Assembly (NCBI RefSeq): GCF_037042905.1
Contig: NC_087251.1
Location: 2,110,001-2,174,000, forward strand
Direction of reading: 5' to 3'
Length of the DNA stretch: 64,000 bases
Origin: Lytechinus pictus
Taxonomy: Eukaryota
Below the pieces are notes generated by a model. It was given only the letters and a program-made list of their open reading frames with translations. It was not told the DNA's origin and did not search any database. A program made the translations under genes and the position numbers. Positions 13,501 to 26,240 of this stretch are shown here, piece after piece (position 1 is the first letter of the stretch; each line of letters starts with the position of its first letter).

Positions 13501-16500
13501 AATAAATTAATACAAATCTGATCATATCGAAATAATTTAAATTTCATACGAGAGTGTTCAAGCTTTTAAAGACTGTAAACCAAATGGGTATACGTTCGTT
13601 ATCACGAAGGTTCGTTATTCCGAAGGTTCGTAATTCCGAAACTTCGTCGATCCGAAAACGAAATAAGGTTCGTTATTCCGAAGGTTCGTTAATCCGAAAA
13701 CGAAATAAGGTTCGTTAATCTGAAAATGAAATAAGGTTCGTTAATCCGAAAATTGACATAATCTGTGGCGAAGCCGGGAAAACAGGAAAGGCAAGCGTGA
13801 CGGAGAGGGAGGGGGTAGAAACAGTGTTGCTGTTCAATTGTTATGAGGATGGGAAGGCAGGGGCGGTGGAACGTAGTCTTGTTTGGGGGCAAAGTAAAAA
13901 AGGGCACTTATATGTCAAAATGGGCATTTTGGTGCAAACATATATATTCAACATGAGATTATCATCTGCTTGGAGTCGTGTGTTTTGTAGTAATTAAGTT
14001 GAGCAAAGCTAGTGGATATTTGCCCCGCCCCAGCCGAAAATGGGAGATCGATGTCCCTGTTCCCCATTCTGGTCCAAACAATCGTTCCTCCGTGCCTGCC
14101 TTCCCATACTCATAACAACTGAACAGCAGTTTCTACCCCTACCCCCTTGCTCTTTCTGTTTTCCCGGCTTCGCCACAAATTATTTCATTTATCGGATTAA
14201 CGAACCTTCAGAATAACGAACCCTATTTAGTTTTCGGATGAAAGAACTTTCGGAGTCATGCCACAAATGTTCGGATAAACAAATCCTTTTTTCGTTTTCG
14301 GATTAACGACCATCGAGGTATAGGTAACTTACGTATTTCGGAATTATGCAAAATGTTGTAGGTTTTATACTTACGACGTAAATTCATCTATATTCGATTG
14401 CACCGATGAGTATGATTGAATAAACTGGAAACTAACAATTGCCCTTTAAAAAAAACAAAGCAAACAAGAAGGGTACAACAATTAGAAACTTGCTTCTTCT
14501 TTAACTGTGATAAAAATATAAATATCCCATTCAAAATTCGTTTACACGGATGGCATAAATAATTTGAAAATACTGAAATTAGCAACAACGAAAACTGAAC
14601 GTTAACTCGAACTCTTTTCAAGATCGTTGAAATTGTGGTTATATATTAACGAGTAGGCATAGACAATATATTTTTTATCGATCGGGATCAGTAATAGGCC
14701 TATAGAGTTTTACCTTGATTGCAATTTTTTCCACAATCGGAATATAATCTTCCGATTGATGATAATTCTGGGGGGTCCTGAAGTACTTATGGCCCCAAAA
14801 TTAAGTTGATCTCCCAAATAGGTATAGCATTCTTACATTTGCTAAAGTAATTGTTTGGATACAAGGACATTCATAATATATTTTTGCATTCAGCACCAAT
14901 ACTGGTATAGATTTATTTCAAGGTTAGCTGTACAAGAAAACAAGTTGCTGTGTACAAAATACAATTCGTTCCATGGTTCATAACCCACGAGAAATGTGTA
15001 ATTTGTAAATAAATAATGTCTACACAAAAGGTATTTAGGGGTAATTCAATATAATTGATGCACAAAAGAAGATAACGAAATAAAATTAATGGTTTGTAAA
15101 TAAAACTGAAACTATACAGACAAGAATTGAGATATATAATCTAGATCTAAAATATATGTTAGCATGTCATCGTGTCAGATTATTGTTATTATTTTCTTTG
15201 ATTAATTATTTGTTTGAATATCCACAATAGATCAAATTTCAGTATCAATTTTTAATTATTACATTTACTCTAACGATATAAACTGACCAAAATCAGGAGT
15301 CATCTGAAATGTTATATGATCCCTGACTTGGGAAATTCAGATCTTATAACTATTCCAAATAGAACAAACAAATATGGTCAATAAAACTGAAGAAATAAAC
15401 TTTACATTACAAGACTTCAATAATAAACAGCAGTAAATGTATTAAAATGTGCATACTCACACAGCCTCTGTGATCAGGAAATAATTTACGATAAGGTTAT
15501 CGGCAACATCCATTCCAAAAGGATAATGAAAACAAAGAAAATGGAGATCAAATCAGAAAAAAAATTATGGTTAAAGAGATGATGAGAAGCATATATATAT
15601 TTAATCAAAGGCAGATAATTTTATTGAAATATATACGTCACTCGCTGACACATTGACCGTACAAAATGATATCAGACACCAAATAATCCTTCCATCTTTC
15701 TTGAAAAAGAATCTATGTAATTATTATTAAAACTAAGTAAGTCATGTTGAGGGTCAATCGGATCATGGTGCATGAATTAATTTCTAGCATAATATTGGCA
15801 AACGTATATTCTCAACCGATAATCGGAAACAATAAAACACTTTTAGATTTCATCAAGAACAAATAAAAGGGGTTTTCTGCTATGTTCTTAATGCACATTC
15901 CAACGTTTCATAGATTGGAATCATTTTCCAAAAAAATAATTTCGTCAATAATGTCCCATTGTGTGGTTCATATTGTTTGCACACGTTGGTGGTACAGACA
16001 TTCAAAGAATGCATTTTACAAGTTTAGAAGCATCAAGATTTATGAAGAGGTGTGTTTGATAGTGTGTAAATAAGTGTATGTTTGTTTGTTTGAGAAGCTG
16101 CTGAATTTTTAAAGAGTAAAATGATGTCGCGCCTTCTTTTCGACAATGCACGAGCATTCTAAATTCCTAATAGTAAGTCTACCTGAAATTAGAAACAATG
16201 CATAACAATATCCGGTAGCCGCAAACCACCATGATTGATAAACAGAAAAAAATAAAAACCCAACAAAATGAAAAAGGGAAAATCCAATTATGTCAATTTC
16301 ATTGCAAATACTTTGCTCTTATTGCTGCAGGCAGCGGCAAGATAATTTACTTTTGTACCGTTTTGTTCTTCTTGTTATTCATCATCTACTTCTTCTTTTT
16401 ATTCATCAATCACCATCTTCTTTTTCATCTTCATCATCATCATCTTCTTCTCCTCCTCCTATTCTTCTTCTCCTTCTTCTTCTTCTTCTTCGGGCTGCCG

Positions 16501-19474
16501 CGGTAGGCCTATATTTTTCACATTAATGATGAGTGCAAACACTCTTTTTACGTTTATATTTGTGTTGCTTCCTATCAACAACTCAGATGAGCAATAAGTA
16601 TTGCTTTGCTTTTTAATGGTGTCAACATGAAGTCATGGATCAGATCTTATTACGTCATAAAAATCTTTGGAGGATAAGATTAATGGCCTAGGTTTACAAG
16701 ACAAGTCGTGGTTATACACCAGTGGCGCCATTATGATGCAATGGTAATAAATGCAGGTTTCCGTTTCGAGCATCAGTATACAATATATACATCCTTGAAC
16801 CCAATGGAGATAATATGCTATACTATTCATACAAACGGAAATCAAAGGGTATACATCCCTTTTAGCAACGTTTACTTTCCTTTTTATTATTTTTTTTAGA
16901 TTTAGAATATTTGTTTATTATCATATCATGCAGAATAGAAATGAAAGAATTGTAATACAAACGTTTCTATGTAACCTCTATCAATAAACGAAACTCCAGT
17001 CTCTCTGGTTTGAATAAGAGAATACAGAAAATATGTAAAATAAAAAAAAATAAAAAAATTCATAATCCCATTCCAGTGAATACCCATAAGGAATTCATAT
17101 TCATCTTTACCAGACCACGCACGTCATCTTCAAACCAACATCAGGATATGATATACAATTGAATGTAATAACGCACGTTTAACCACGAATTCCTGACATT
17201 ATGAAGGAATTGGGTACAATACGTTTCAGTACAATAGAAAATATCCTGCACCTGCTCTCGCAACACAATACGCATTAAAAAATATTTTCTTGGAAAAAAA
17301 ATCTTTGAAATATTTCTTATTGAGTGTCCAAACAATTGTATACAGTCAATTTATAGAGTTTGAGTCACAAGAAAGTTTTAAAATAAAGGTCTGTTTAGTG
17401 GTGAATGATCTACGAGCATTATTCTAAGTAGACCTATATTGTATTCGTTAAGGTAAAAATCATTTTGGAGGACAAATGCTTGACCAGTCTCAGGCGCGTA
17501 GCCAGGGGGGGGCGGTCGCCCCCCCCAAAACGTCCCCTAAAAGAAAAAAAAAGAAGGGAAAAAAGAGAGGAGAAAAGGAAAAGGGAAGGGAGGAAAGGGA
17601 AGAAAGGTAGCTTTGTGTTTTTTTTTTTCTTTTTATTCTTTTTTTTTCTCAAAAGAGAAACTCCTTCACTAGCTCTTGCTCTAGATTTATATATGAATTT
17701 TGCTTCCGCGCTGCGCGCGGTTAAATGACAATATTGAAGATCTCCATTGTTCCCCCCACCCTTTCTCTAACCCTGTTTTTCCACCTCAGCTATATGTGTT
17801 TCTTGCCAGTTAATGTTCAAATGTACTAGGGCATGGAATTAGAGTAAGGTTAGGCCGAAGTATATGTAGTTATCTTTTTTTTTTATTGATCGCGCAACTT
17901 CTGGTCGGGTCGGCTCCGGGCGGGTGAAATCTGTATATAAATTTCTGCCGTCACCTCCATAAAGTCAACTTCTCCCGCTTTTCAGCTCATTACTAAACAG
18001 CCATAATTTTTTTGGGCAAACAGGTTCCTAATTAAAAAAGAGAAAGGTATAAAATTCGTATGGTATTAAATAAAAAAGTACAATATTTTTTATCAAATTC
18101 TATTAAACTTCATGTCATTTCCCTGCACATTCATATCCTGTCCTGTTTTGCGCCCTCAGTTTGAAATTTTGAATGACACTAAACTTTCTTTATAATTCAA
18201 AATGAAGCGCTTCAGGATAAGTCAAAGAAATTAGGTATCCTTTTTATATAATTTCAATAAATCACAGAAGTTTCAACTTTTTGCGCACTATTTTCTTTGT
18301 AATGAAGTTCAATAATCTTAGAAAATTAATTGAATTAGAGCCGATGGGGTATTGGAGATATCTGCATTTGATGAAACGGCCGCCCTTTGAAATTTCAGAG
18401 TTTCGTTGTTCTGCGCGGGGAGAAATATCTTCCTCCCGGCATATACACTTCTTCTCCTTTGTTTTGCGAGTTAAAGATATGCACTGTCGCTATTGTTTGT
18501 AATCAAATCTGATCTTTCCAAGGGAAGTATTCAATATGTGTTTGAGAATACCCTTTTCTCGGGACCCTTTTCATGGCAAAAAATTGATAAAACGCTGTAG
18601 TTTCCGCGCTTCGCGCGGGGTTATCATTTTGATTTCCTCCATTGTATTCCTTTTTTTTTGTGCGTTCACAATCTTTTTTGAAAGCAAGGTTCAAAATCAC
18701 AATATAGTCAACTGAATTGGAGCTGATATATAGGTACAAGAGACAAGAGAGACGGCTCCTTTTCATTTTAATTTATGAAACACCAAAAGCTTCGCGCTTC
18801 GCGCGGGAGGGGGAAACTCCCCCTCCCTGCACCCACCCCCTAGGGAGCGCGCTTCGCGCGCTCTGTAAGTGTTGGCACGCTTCGCGTGCATTTACCGCCC
18901 CCTCCAAAATGAAATCCTGGCTACGCGGTTGACCAGTCTTGATTTATTTGCAAATGGTAGCCTGAAAACATTTGTTCGTATCATATCTAACTGAATATTA
19001 ATAACGATTTTATGATAAATAAATGGAGTTCTAAATGATGAACACTTAGGCCTATACAAGAGCAACCGTTATCATGAATATGGTTGAATTAAATATCAAA
19101 ACACATGCGAAAGGTAGGTCGAAAAGTTCATTTATATCATTTGTGTGCTCGGTGTATATAAATGATACTAATTAAAGCTTTTAAGAGCATGTCGATTAAA
19201 AGTACTATCAAGGTAATAAAAAGAAAAAAGAAACCTTTACGCACTTTGAGAAATGGTGACAAAGTAGTGAGGAAGATACATGTACATGATAACAAAGCCC
19301 AAAAAGGAAAAAAAGAGTGAACTTATTTTTCACACTGATTCTGATTTCGAATTAATAAACCAAAATAGATTACAATGATAAAACGGAAAGGTGTCTCACG
19401 ATCTTACCTATCAATCTCACAGAAGGATGAATAAAAAGCAATAAAGAAATCAGTAGAATATTAAAGGATGCCAT
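9907..19474 (-). CDS. Uncharacterised single-pass type I membrane protein of about 439 aa; proposed exons 19474-19408, 15467-15461 (or 14777-14714), 14443-14375, 12943-12880, 12365-12264, 11641-11447, 11033-10905, 10593-9907
   Basis: All junctions are GT-AG and phase-compatible, giving one open frame: signal peptide, SEA-like region, TM (IFYAVLVALLLFALFSATVYCLI), basic stop-transfer KQKRAKMKK, Ser/Pro/Thr-rich tail. Confidence 0.7.
10703..10780. repeat. (GAA/GAG)n microsatellite
   Basis: Direct reading. Confidence 0.9.
10905..11033 (-). CDS. Juxtamembrane exon of the membrane protein
   Basis: Acceptor tgacag, IAKQKRAKMKK...DNGGYEAEMTQVYKIK, donor gtatac; phase 0-0. Confidence 0.7.
11319..11420. 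repeat. Compound (GGT)n(GAT)n microsatellite
   Basis: Direct reading. Confidence 0.9.
11447..11641 (-). CDS. Transmembrane exon of the membrane protein
   Basis: Acceptor tttatattcag, LMASNY...TVYCL, donor gtaagt; 195 nt, phase 0-0. Confidence 0.8.
12264..12365 (-). CDS. Ectodomain exon (SEA-like G-x-I-x-V-x-F strand)
   Basis: Acceptor ttaatag, IVSSPSGRILVTFDIDINTRNNTLIASRDRLDRD, donor gtaagt. Confidence 0.7.
12880..12943 (-). CDS. Ectodomain exon
   Basis: Acceptor tctttctttcag, QLLVDLQTKYSLTSQHIKNIQ, donor gtgagt; phase 2-0. Confidence 0.7.
13587..14345. mobile_element. Foldback-like element with aaggttcgtta.tccgaa subrepeats, containing an inner long-TIR MITE at about 13761-14182
   Basis: Left subrepeats ggttcgttaatccgaa mirrored on the right as tcggattaacgaacc; inner TIR tgtggcgaagccgggaaaacag / ctgttttcccggcttcgccaca. 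Confidence 0.75.
14375..14443 (-). CDS. Ectodomain exon
   Basis: Acceptor ttttttaaag, AIVSFQFIQSYSSVQSNIDEFTS, donor gtaagt; phase 2-2. Confidence 0.65.
15461..15467 (-). CDS. Candidate 7-nt microexon (aggctgt)
   Basis: tttcctgatcacag|aggctgt|gtgagt; bridges phase 1 to phase 2. Confidence 0.4.
16420..16491. repeat. (CAT/CTT)n microsatellite
   Basis: Direct reading. Confidence 0.85.
17491..18931. mobile_element. hAT-like non-autonomous transposon (1.44 kb)
   Basis: Imperfect TIR caggcgcgtagccagg / cctggctacgcggttg; perfect 8-bp TSD accagtct at 17483-17490 and 18932-18939. Confidence 0.85.
19408..19474 (-). CDS. First coding exon (signal peptide)
   Basis: atcATGg context; MASFNILLISLLLFIHPSVRLI then g|gtaaga donor, phase 1. 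Confidence 0.55.
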
Positions 19475-21310
19475 GATTATGCAAATGAACCAGAACTTTC
19501 ATGAATAAGTATACGAATCCTTGAATTACGTTGGTATCTTATACCCAGTTTGGTGTTTATTATATATTCCACAATATTTCCAGGTGCGTTGAAGATGTTC
19601 TCGCCGGCATCATGGTATCCTATATCTATCTAGCTTCAATAAAAATGTGGCAATATTCCTTAAAATGACACTCAACTGACATTCCTGTTTGTTTGTAACT
19701 TCGAAGTTCACCGCCCGTGAGCGAAGTCTTTTGTACTCGGCTCAAAATGGTCCGACGTAAGTGCGCCCACACCCATGTGATAAAAATACCCAGTAGCTAG
19801 AATTCCATTCATATGGGAGGTGAAAAGAAATGGTGGCTAGAAAACCACTGAGCCATATCATCGTCTGAAGGTTTCTGATTGAGAGATACATAGTATACCT
19901 ATATCGTTGGATTATTCTCCAATTAAGGAGCATGCATACATGGGACTATTCCAAACAAATGACCTCCTAATATCAGAACTTGTAACAACAAAAACAACAA
20001 CAAATAACAACGACGAACGAACGACGAAAATATGATATCATATTTTCCTTTGAGATTATTAGTGCAAAACCAATTCATGCAATCACATATCATATAAACT
20101 CTTGTTACCATGGTTATTATCATGATAACAAAAGCTCATCGTATCTACTTGTTGGTTTTATACAGAGTTTGCAATCATCTTGTGAGAGAAACAATTTTGA
20201 TTGATTTGTACATCGTACACATAAGCATTTAGAAAGCAAATAAATCAATGGAGACGCCCCTTATTGTTAGTAGAAAGAAAAGTCATGTTTACTTGGGGGT
20301 TTAGCCTGGCTATTTTTTATTCGCAAACTGCATACCTGCATGTAAATTGCATGTTTGTTTTATTCTCAAGAAATGCAGGTCCTAACCCCATATTCTAACG
20401 AAATGTAAATGTCAGAGGTATCAGGTTTGATATACTTTTTATATAACTATCCTTCGCATCGCTGGTCTTCGTAAATATCTTGCTTCCAATACAAATCAAT
20501 GTTATTTATCAATAATTGATTGTAAGAAACTAGATGTAGGCATCCGAATTGCAGATTTTGAACGGTATAATGTGACCTGGGCGATAAAGGTCATGTTAAG
20601 GTATATAGGAGATAGAAATTAACAGTAATATTTCTGAATAAATTGAGAAAATTGTAAAGAAGAAGGGAAGGAAGATGAAAGAAAGAAAGAAAGAAAAAAG
20701 AAAGAGAATGTGAGAGAAAGAGAGAGAGAGAGAAAAAAAAGTGAAGATATAGAAAGAAAGATGCATGGGTAGAAAGAATTGAAATGAAGGAAGAGATATA
20801 AATATTAAAGAAGGGTACGGTGCAGATCAAGTTGGTGCCGAATTTCATTTCGGATACTCGTCTTCCCGTTTTGAATTTCGTTATCAGTTTTTAACACTGT
20901 GTAATAAATTACGTTTATTTAACGAAAAAATATGAAATAGAGTGTCTAGTAGTGAAAATACGATTCATTTCTATTCTCCTATCGACTATTTGAAATATTC
21001 AGCAATATGAGTAAAAGAGCATTTCGCCTTGATCTGAAATCATACAAAAGCAGATATTTACTTACTGATATAAGGAAACTATTTTTGTGTGTTTTTATCC
21101 AGAATTATCAAAAGGAAAATTCATGCAAAATAGGTCAATGGCTCAACTCGGCTATTATGGGATTCATTACAATGTATTAGATCAAAGATAACTATTGATG
21201 TGAAATCACCCGTATCTGGGGCCGTTCAGTGAAACTCGTCACTCCTCATTCACCAGGCAATGGACGAACTTAAAGTGGCACACAAAAGACAGGGACAGTT
21301 GCCATCGTCT

Positions 21311-23645
21311 TTTTCCCCAAAATGCTATATTTTTTTTATTTGGCAGCCATTTCAAAAGTCTATAGTTTTTTTGGGACGCACTGTATATAAATAAAAAATA
21401 TATCACTTTGGGGGAAAACACTTACATATATGGAAGCCAATAAAGTCAACTTTCAAATGACACTAAAAAGTTCATGCTTGAGCAAGCACTGCCCACTGAA
21501 ACAAAGGGTATGAAAATTAGGGTGGGCAGGAAAATTAGCCTTCCAATTTCTTTCAGTTTTTGAGATGCGAGTCCCTTGGAACTTGCAAAGTTGAGGGTGT
21601 TTTGATAAATCAATGATCAAGCATTATCAATTCAGGTTTTTAGAGCAAATTTCAGGAATTATTAAATTGAAATTTAATGCATGAGTGAACATCAAATACA
21701 ATTTTTCACTTTTTCAAGTGGATCTCAGCAATGTGTTCATGGAAGTCAGAATAGGGATAGGACTTAGGCATGTTAGGTGGGGAAAGTAGGTTGACGAGAT
21801 ATGGGTCAACAGAACACTTAACCCCTCTCTACCCCTTTCACCCCTCCTGAGAGACTAGCCTTGCTAGGGTGAGCAGGAATTAGCCTTCCAGTTTTTTTAG
21901 TGGTGAGTCATTTGGAACTTGCAAAGTTAAGGGTGTTAAAAATACTGATGAATTGAGATCAGTTTTGGTTCTCTAAACAAATTTCATGAGTTACTAATTT
22001 GAAATGTAATGCATGAGTAAACAGGAATTGTAATTTTAGTGTAGCATTTTTAGTTTATTATGTGGATCTTATCAAGTGTGCTTGTGAGAGTCAGAGTAAT
22101 GTGATGGTACCTGTTACATGCAAGGGGGTGAGATAGGGTAAGACCCCGGGGGGGCCACTTCCATTGACGAGTGGATACCATGCGCGACCACGGGGTCTCG
22201 AAAAGCACCCTAAACACGTATTTTCCAAATTCTGAAAATGCACCCCTTAATAAGTATTGGCGTCTGAAACCCTACCCTTAACAAGTATTGGAAACAAAAC
22301 GATACTCTTGGCAAGTATTCCCTGAAATGAACCCCTAAACAAGTACAGTGATGGGTCCGTCGGTCGTCGGTACCTTTTAATACACACCATTTGGTTTAGT
22401 ACGGCCCCATGCACCTTCTACACCTCGCGCAAATCGGACTCTAAACACGTAGTGCTGGGGCAAAAAGGACATCCTTTATAAAACATTTTAATTTTGTTTT
22501 ATCATCCCCGCAAATATGACCCTAAACACGTAGCTTTCCTAGCGAAATAGATACCCTTTTTTCATTATTTTTGTGTTTTTGACACCCTTATCACGTTACG
22601 TACGTAACGTGCCCTATCATGAAAAAGACATCCTTTTTACGTGTTTTTTTGGTCGCGCATGGTATCCACTCGTCAATGTAAGTGGCCCCCCCCCCCGGGG
22701 GTAAGACTGGGTTAAAGGGGCATTCTTCTTTGTGTTCTCTTACAAATTACATGTCATGTACTCAAACCCGCCCTCCACCCCCTTTCTTTCTCCTGGATTG
22801 TATTTAAAACTTAAATGCCAAGTGACTGATGGTTGATGGGTCTTTCTTTTCCATTGAATGATTATTAAGAACTTGACTAATTATGATTTATGAAATTATT
22901 TATTGAAAAAGCTGAATGTTTGATTGATAATTTATTGAAAAATGTGAATATTTGATTGATCACATTGATTGAGTTGATTTATTAACAGATTGTTGATTGA
23001 ATGATTGATAGGTAAAAGTTGATGACCTAATTTTCAGAATTTATTATCAAATTGACAGTTCGCTCTGCACTTAATGCATACATGTAATAGCAATCAGTCT
23101 CAATCTCAACAGGAGGGGGGAGGGACGGACCTGTAGGAGGGGGGGCTAAACGTTCTGTCGACCCTTTTCCCATCAGCTTATTTCACCCACTGAAGTCGTT
23201 TCTTACCCCTATTCTCCTGACTCCAATGAACCCACTGCTGAGACCCACATTGTAAAGTTAAAATGCTGCACTAAAGATTGCAATTCACGCTCACTCATGC
23301 ATGGAATTTCAATTTGATAATTCATGATATTAACTCTAACAATTTAAAGTGATAATGAATGACCATTAATTCATCACAACACCCTCAAGTTTGCAAGTTC
23401 CAAGGGACTCGCCTCTAAAAAACTGAAAGAAACCGAAAGGCTAATTCCTGCCTACCCTAATTTTCATATCCTTTGTTTAAGTGGGTAGTGCTCACTCAAG
23501 CATGAATAGTTTTCCAACATTTTGGTGTCATTTGAAAGATGACTTTATTGGCTTTTAATATATATAAGTCTTTTCCCAAAAAGTGATAGACTTTTTATTT
23601 GGCAGCCATTTCAAAAGTGTATAGTTTTTTTGGGACGCACTGTAT
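21311..23645. mobile_element. Tc1/mariner-like long-TIR MITE with a rearranged left end
   Basis: 21390-21700 is an inverted match of about 23280-23600; right terminus ...gggacgcactg followed by TA. Confidence 0.7.
22144..22700. mobile_element. MITE nested in the long-TIR element
   Basis: About 45-bp TIR ccccgggggggccactt.cattgacgagtggataccatgcgcgacca and its reverse complement; direct repeat gtaaga at 22138-22143 and 22701-22706. Confidence 0.85.
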
Positions 23646-23719
23646 ATAAACATTCAAGCCAACACTTACTATAATATACAATTAAGAAGAAAAACAATGA
23701 TAATTAAAAATGAAAATGA

Positions 23720-23797
23720 TGATGGTGGTGGTGGTGGTGGTGATTGTGATGGTAGTGGTGGTGGTAGTGTTGGTGGTGGTGGTGGTGGTGGTGGTGG
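23720..23797. repeat. (GGT)n microsatellite
   Basis: Direct reading; explains the poly-Val ORF at 23710. Confidence 0.9.
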
Positions 23798-24251
23798 GGA
23801 AGTTACGACCTGATGCAAATATTCGAGGTTCAAGCCCGGCTGGTCATGACTTTCGAATGGTGATGTTAAAGGTCGGTCCCAGACTTAAACAATCATATCT
23901 GATTGATATATGTATAACCTCAATTACACTCACCCCACCCCCAAGAAAAAAAACAATCTTTTGCACGATTGTTGTACCCAATAGTACTATTCAAGTGAAT
24001 GGGTGTCTGCGAGAGAGTGAGCAACAGAAAAAAAAAGAAAATAAGCTTTTCCATAAGTGAAATTCATAACATTTTGAAAAAACAAAATATATGACAATGC
24101 AGTAAGTGTGTATGCGAGGGAATCTAAGACTTAGCGAAAACCTGCTATTCATGTCGTTAATTACACGAAGCACTTCAAAATATTGTTTGATATTATTGCC
24201 TTTCTCTCGATTCTTAAGTTTGTCAAATACTTTGCTCTATCTAATCCAGAG

Positions 24252-24852
24252 TTAAAGGCCAAATCCACCCCAGAAAATGTTGATATGGTTCAACAGAGAA
24301 AAATCAAACAAGCATAACGCTGAAAATTTCATCAAAATTGGATATAAGAAAGTTATGCCATTTCTAAGTTTTGATTAATTTCACAAAACAGTTATATGCA
24401 CATCCCGGTCGGTATGCAAAGGAGGGAACTGGTGACATCACTCACTCACTCACTATTTTCTTTTGTATATTATTATATGAAAAATTCAATATTCTAATTT
24501 TCTCCTCATTGTCCTGTGAAACAAAGTTTTATTTCTCTCTGAACTTGTGGAATTACCATTGTTTAATATTCTATGGTTCAGTCAACCTGGTTCTTATTGT
24601 CAAATCTGTAAACATTGAAATATTGTACAATTCAAACAATAAAAACAAAATAAATAGTGAGGGACATCATCTACTCTGTCATTTTCATGTGACTAAATTA
24701 TGCATATAACTATTTTTTGAAAAATAAGCGAAACTTTAAAATGGACATAACTTTCTTATTTTACATCCGTTTTTATCAAATTGTCAGCATTATGCTTGTC
24801 TGATTTTTCTCTATTGATTCAAATCAACAATTTTCTGTGGTGGACTTGACCT
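24252..24852. mobile_element. TTAA-flanked MITE (Kolobok-like), same family as 31335-31945
   Basis: ttaaagg start; long imperfect TIRs containing gaaaatttcatcaaaat and ataagaaagttatg; colinear with the 31.3-kb copy in opposite orientation; remnants at about 25340-25690 and 60979-61155. Confidence 0.7.
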
Positions 24853-26063
24853 GATTCGCGCCCTCTACGACATATCATCTTTCTTCATCTCCCTAAAAAT
24901 GATTGTTGTCAATACCATGCAGACCCGATTGCAGATAAATGAAACTGATTTATTCACCCCCCCCCCTTCTCGTGCACGAAATAAGAGGACGGCTCCCCTC
25001 AAGACCAAACCAAACAAAAGAGGAAGATAAGAAAAGAATGGAAGACATAAATTGTTTTCAGTATGTTGTTCTTTAAAAAGGAAAACGGTTCATTTTCTCA
25101 AAATATTATGAAATGATTATTTTGCATATTACTTATAAGTAGAAAATGCTCTTCTTTCTAAATGCTTTCCCGCAGCCTTATATCTGTACCAATCTTTGCC
25201 AGCGGCTTTTCTTCAGCAATTTTAATGCACTATTTCTCGGAAGCCAGTATAAAGATTCAGAAGCAAGTATACGACTATACGGTCGTCCACCCTAGCAAAA
25301 ATTTGTCATTTAATTGAGTTGAAAATTAAACAAACAAAAATAACTCGGCTGAAATTTCTTCAATATCTGGTGTAAAATGCGAAAGTTATGACGTTCCGCT
25401 TAATTTCACAAAAAATCTATATGCACATCCTGATCAGTATAAAATGGGAAAGCCGATGAGTCACACACTCACCGTTTTTTCTTTTGTATTTTAAATATCT
25501 TACTCTTTTCTTCATTATACCTTAAAGCAACATTTGACTCCTTGAATAAGTGGAATTGCCATTATTGCAACCAATAATGATGATGCTTCCTTCATTGTCA
25601 AATCTGCAAAAGAAATAGTGAGGGAGTGTCATCACCGATGTCACTATGTTAGAGGAATTAAAAGAGAAATCATTTTCATTTATTTTGTTGTTCATAACTC
25701 TAGAGGATATGAGAAATTACCCAGTTTGACGAAAGAAATAAAAAGTAAAGAATTGTTATGGCCTACAGCTATATACTATTCAGCTAGAAAAGGAGGTTCT
25801 AGATATCTCAGTTATAAGTCTCGTTACACTTACTCCACTCAATAGTGTGTGACAATAGTTTGTTTTGATTGCATATTTAATGAGGAAGTGGTATCCTTAG
25901 TAATGTTGAAATTAATGTACAAAAGGGATTGTTTATCTCACGGTAGACAATAGTGTCAGATAATATCAGAAATGATATAGTCATTGTCACAATAACAGGA
26001 GTCCACAAAGGAATGGGTACACCCCCTTTCTGCGTTTCTTAAAAGGCCTAAAGCTGCGAAAAT

Positions 26064-26240
26064 ACACCGTACAAAATGAAGTGCTAATTTAGCACTTACG
26101 GTGCTTGTATAATAGTGTCTGCACTACGAGTGCTGATTTTCTAGTTCAACAAATTTAAACTAGAAAATCAGCACTCGTAGTGCAGTCACTATACAAGCAC
26201 TGTATTGTGCTAATCAAAATAAGCACTTCATTTTTTAAAT
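26064..26240. repeat. About 170-bp palindromic miniature element
   Basis: Arms ...tgcactacgagtgctgattttctagtt / aactagaaaatcagcactcgtagtgca...; outer aaaatgaagtgct / agcacttcatttt. Confidence 0.8.

Noticed and set aside
13595..13755. Short regularly recurring repeats resembling a CRISPR array
   Set aside because: No unique spacers, eukaryotic context, mirrored at 14190-14345 as part of a foldback element
16757..16864. Possible plus-strand exon (FPFRASVYNIYILEPNGDNMLYYSYKRKSK)
   Set aside because: Could not be linked to other exons or a recognisable domain; unresolved
23710..24060. Poly-Val ORF resembling a signal or TM segment
   Set aside because: Translation of a (GGT)n microsatellite
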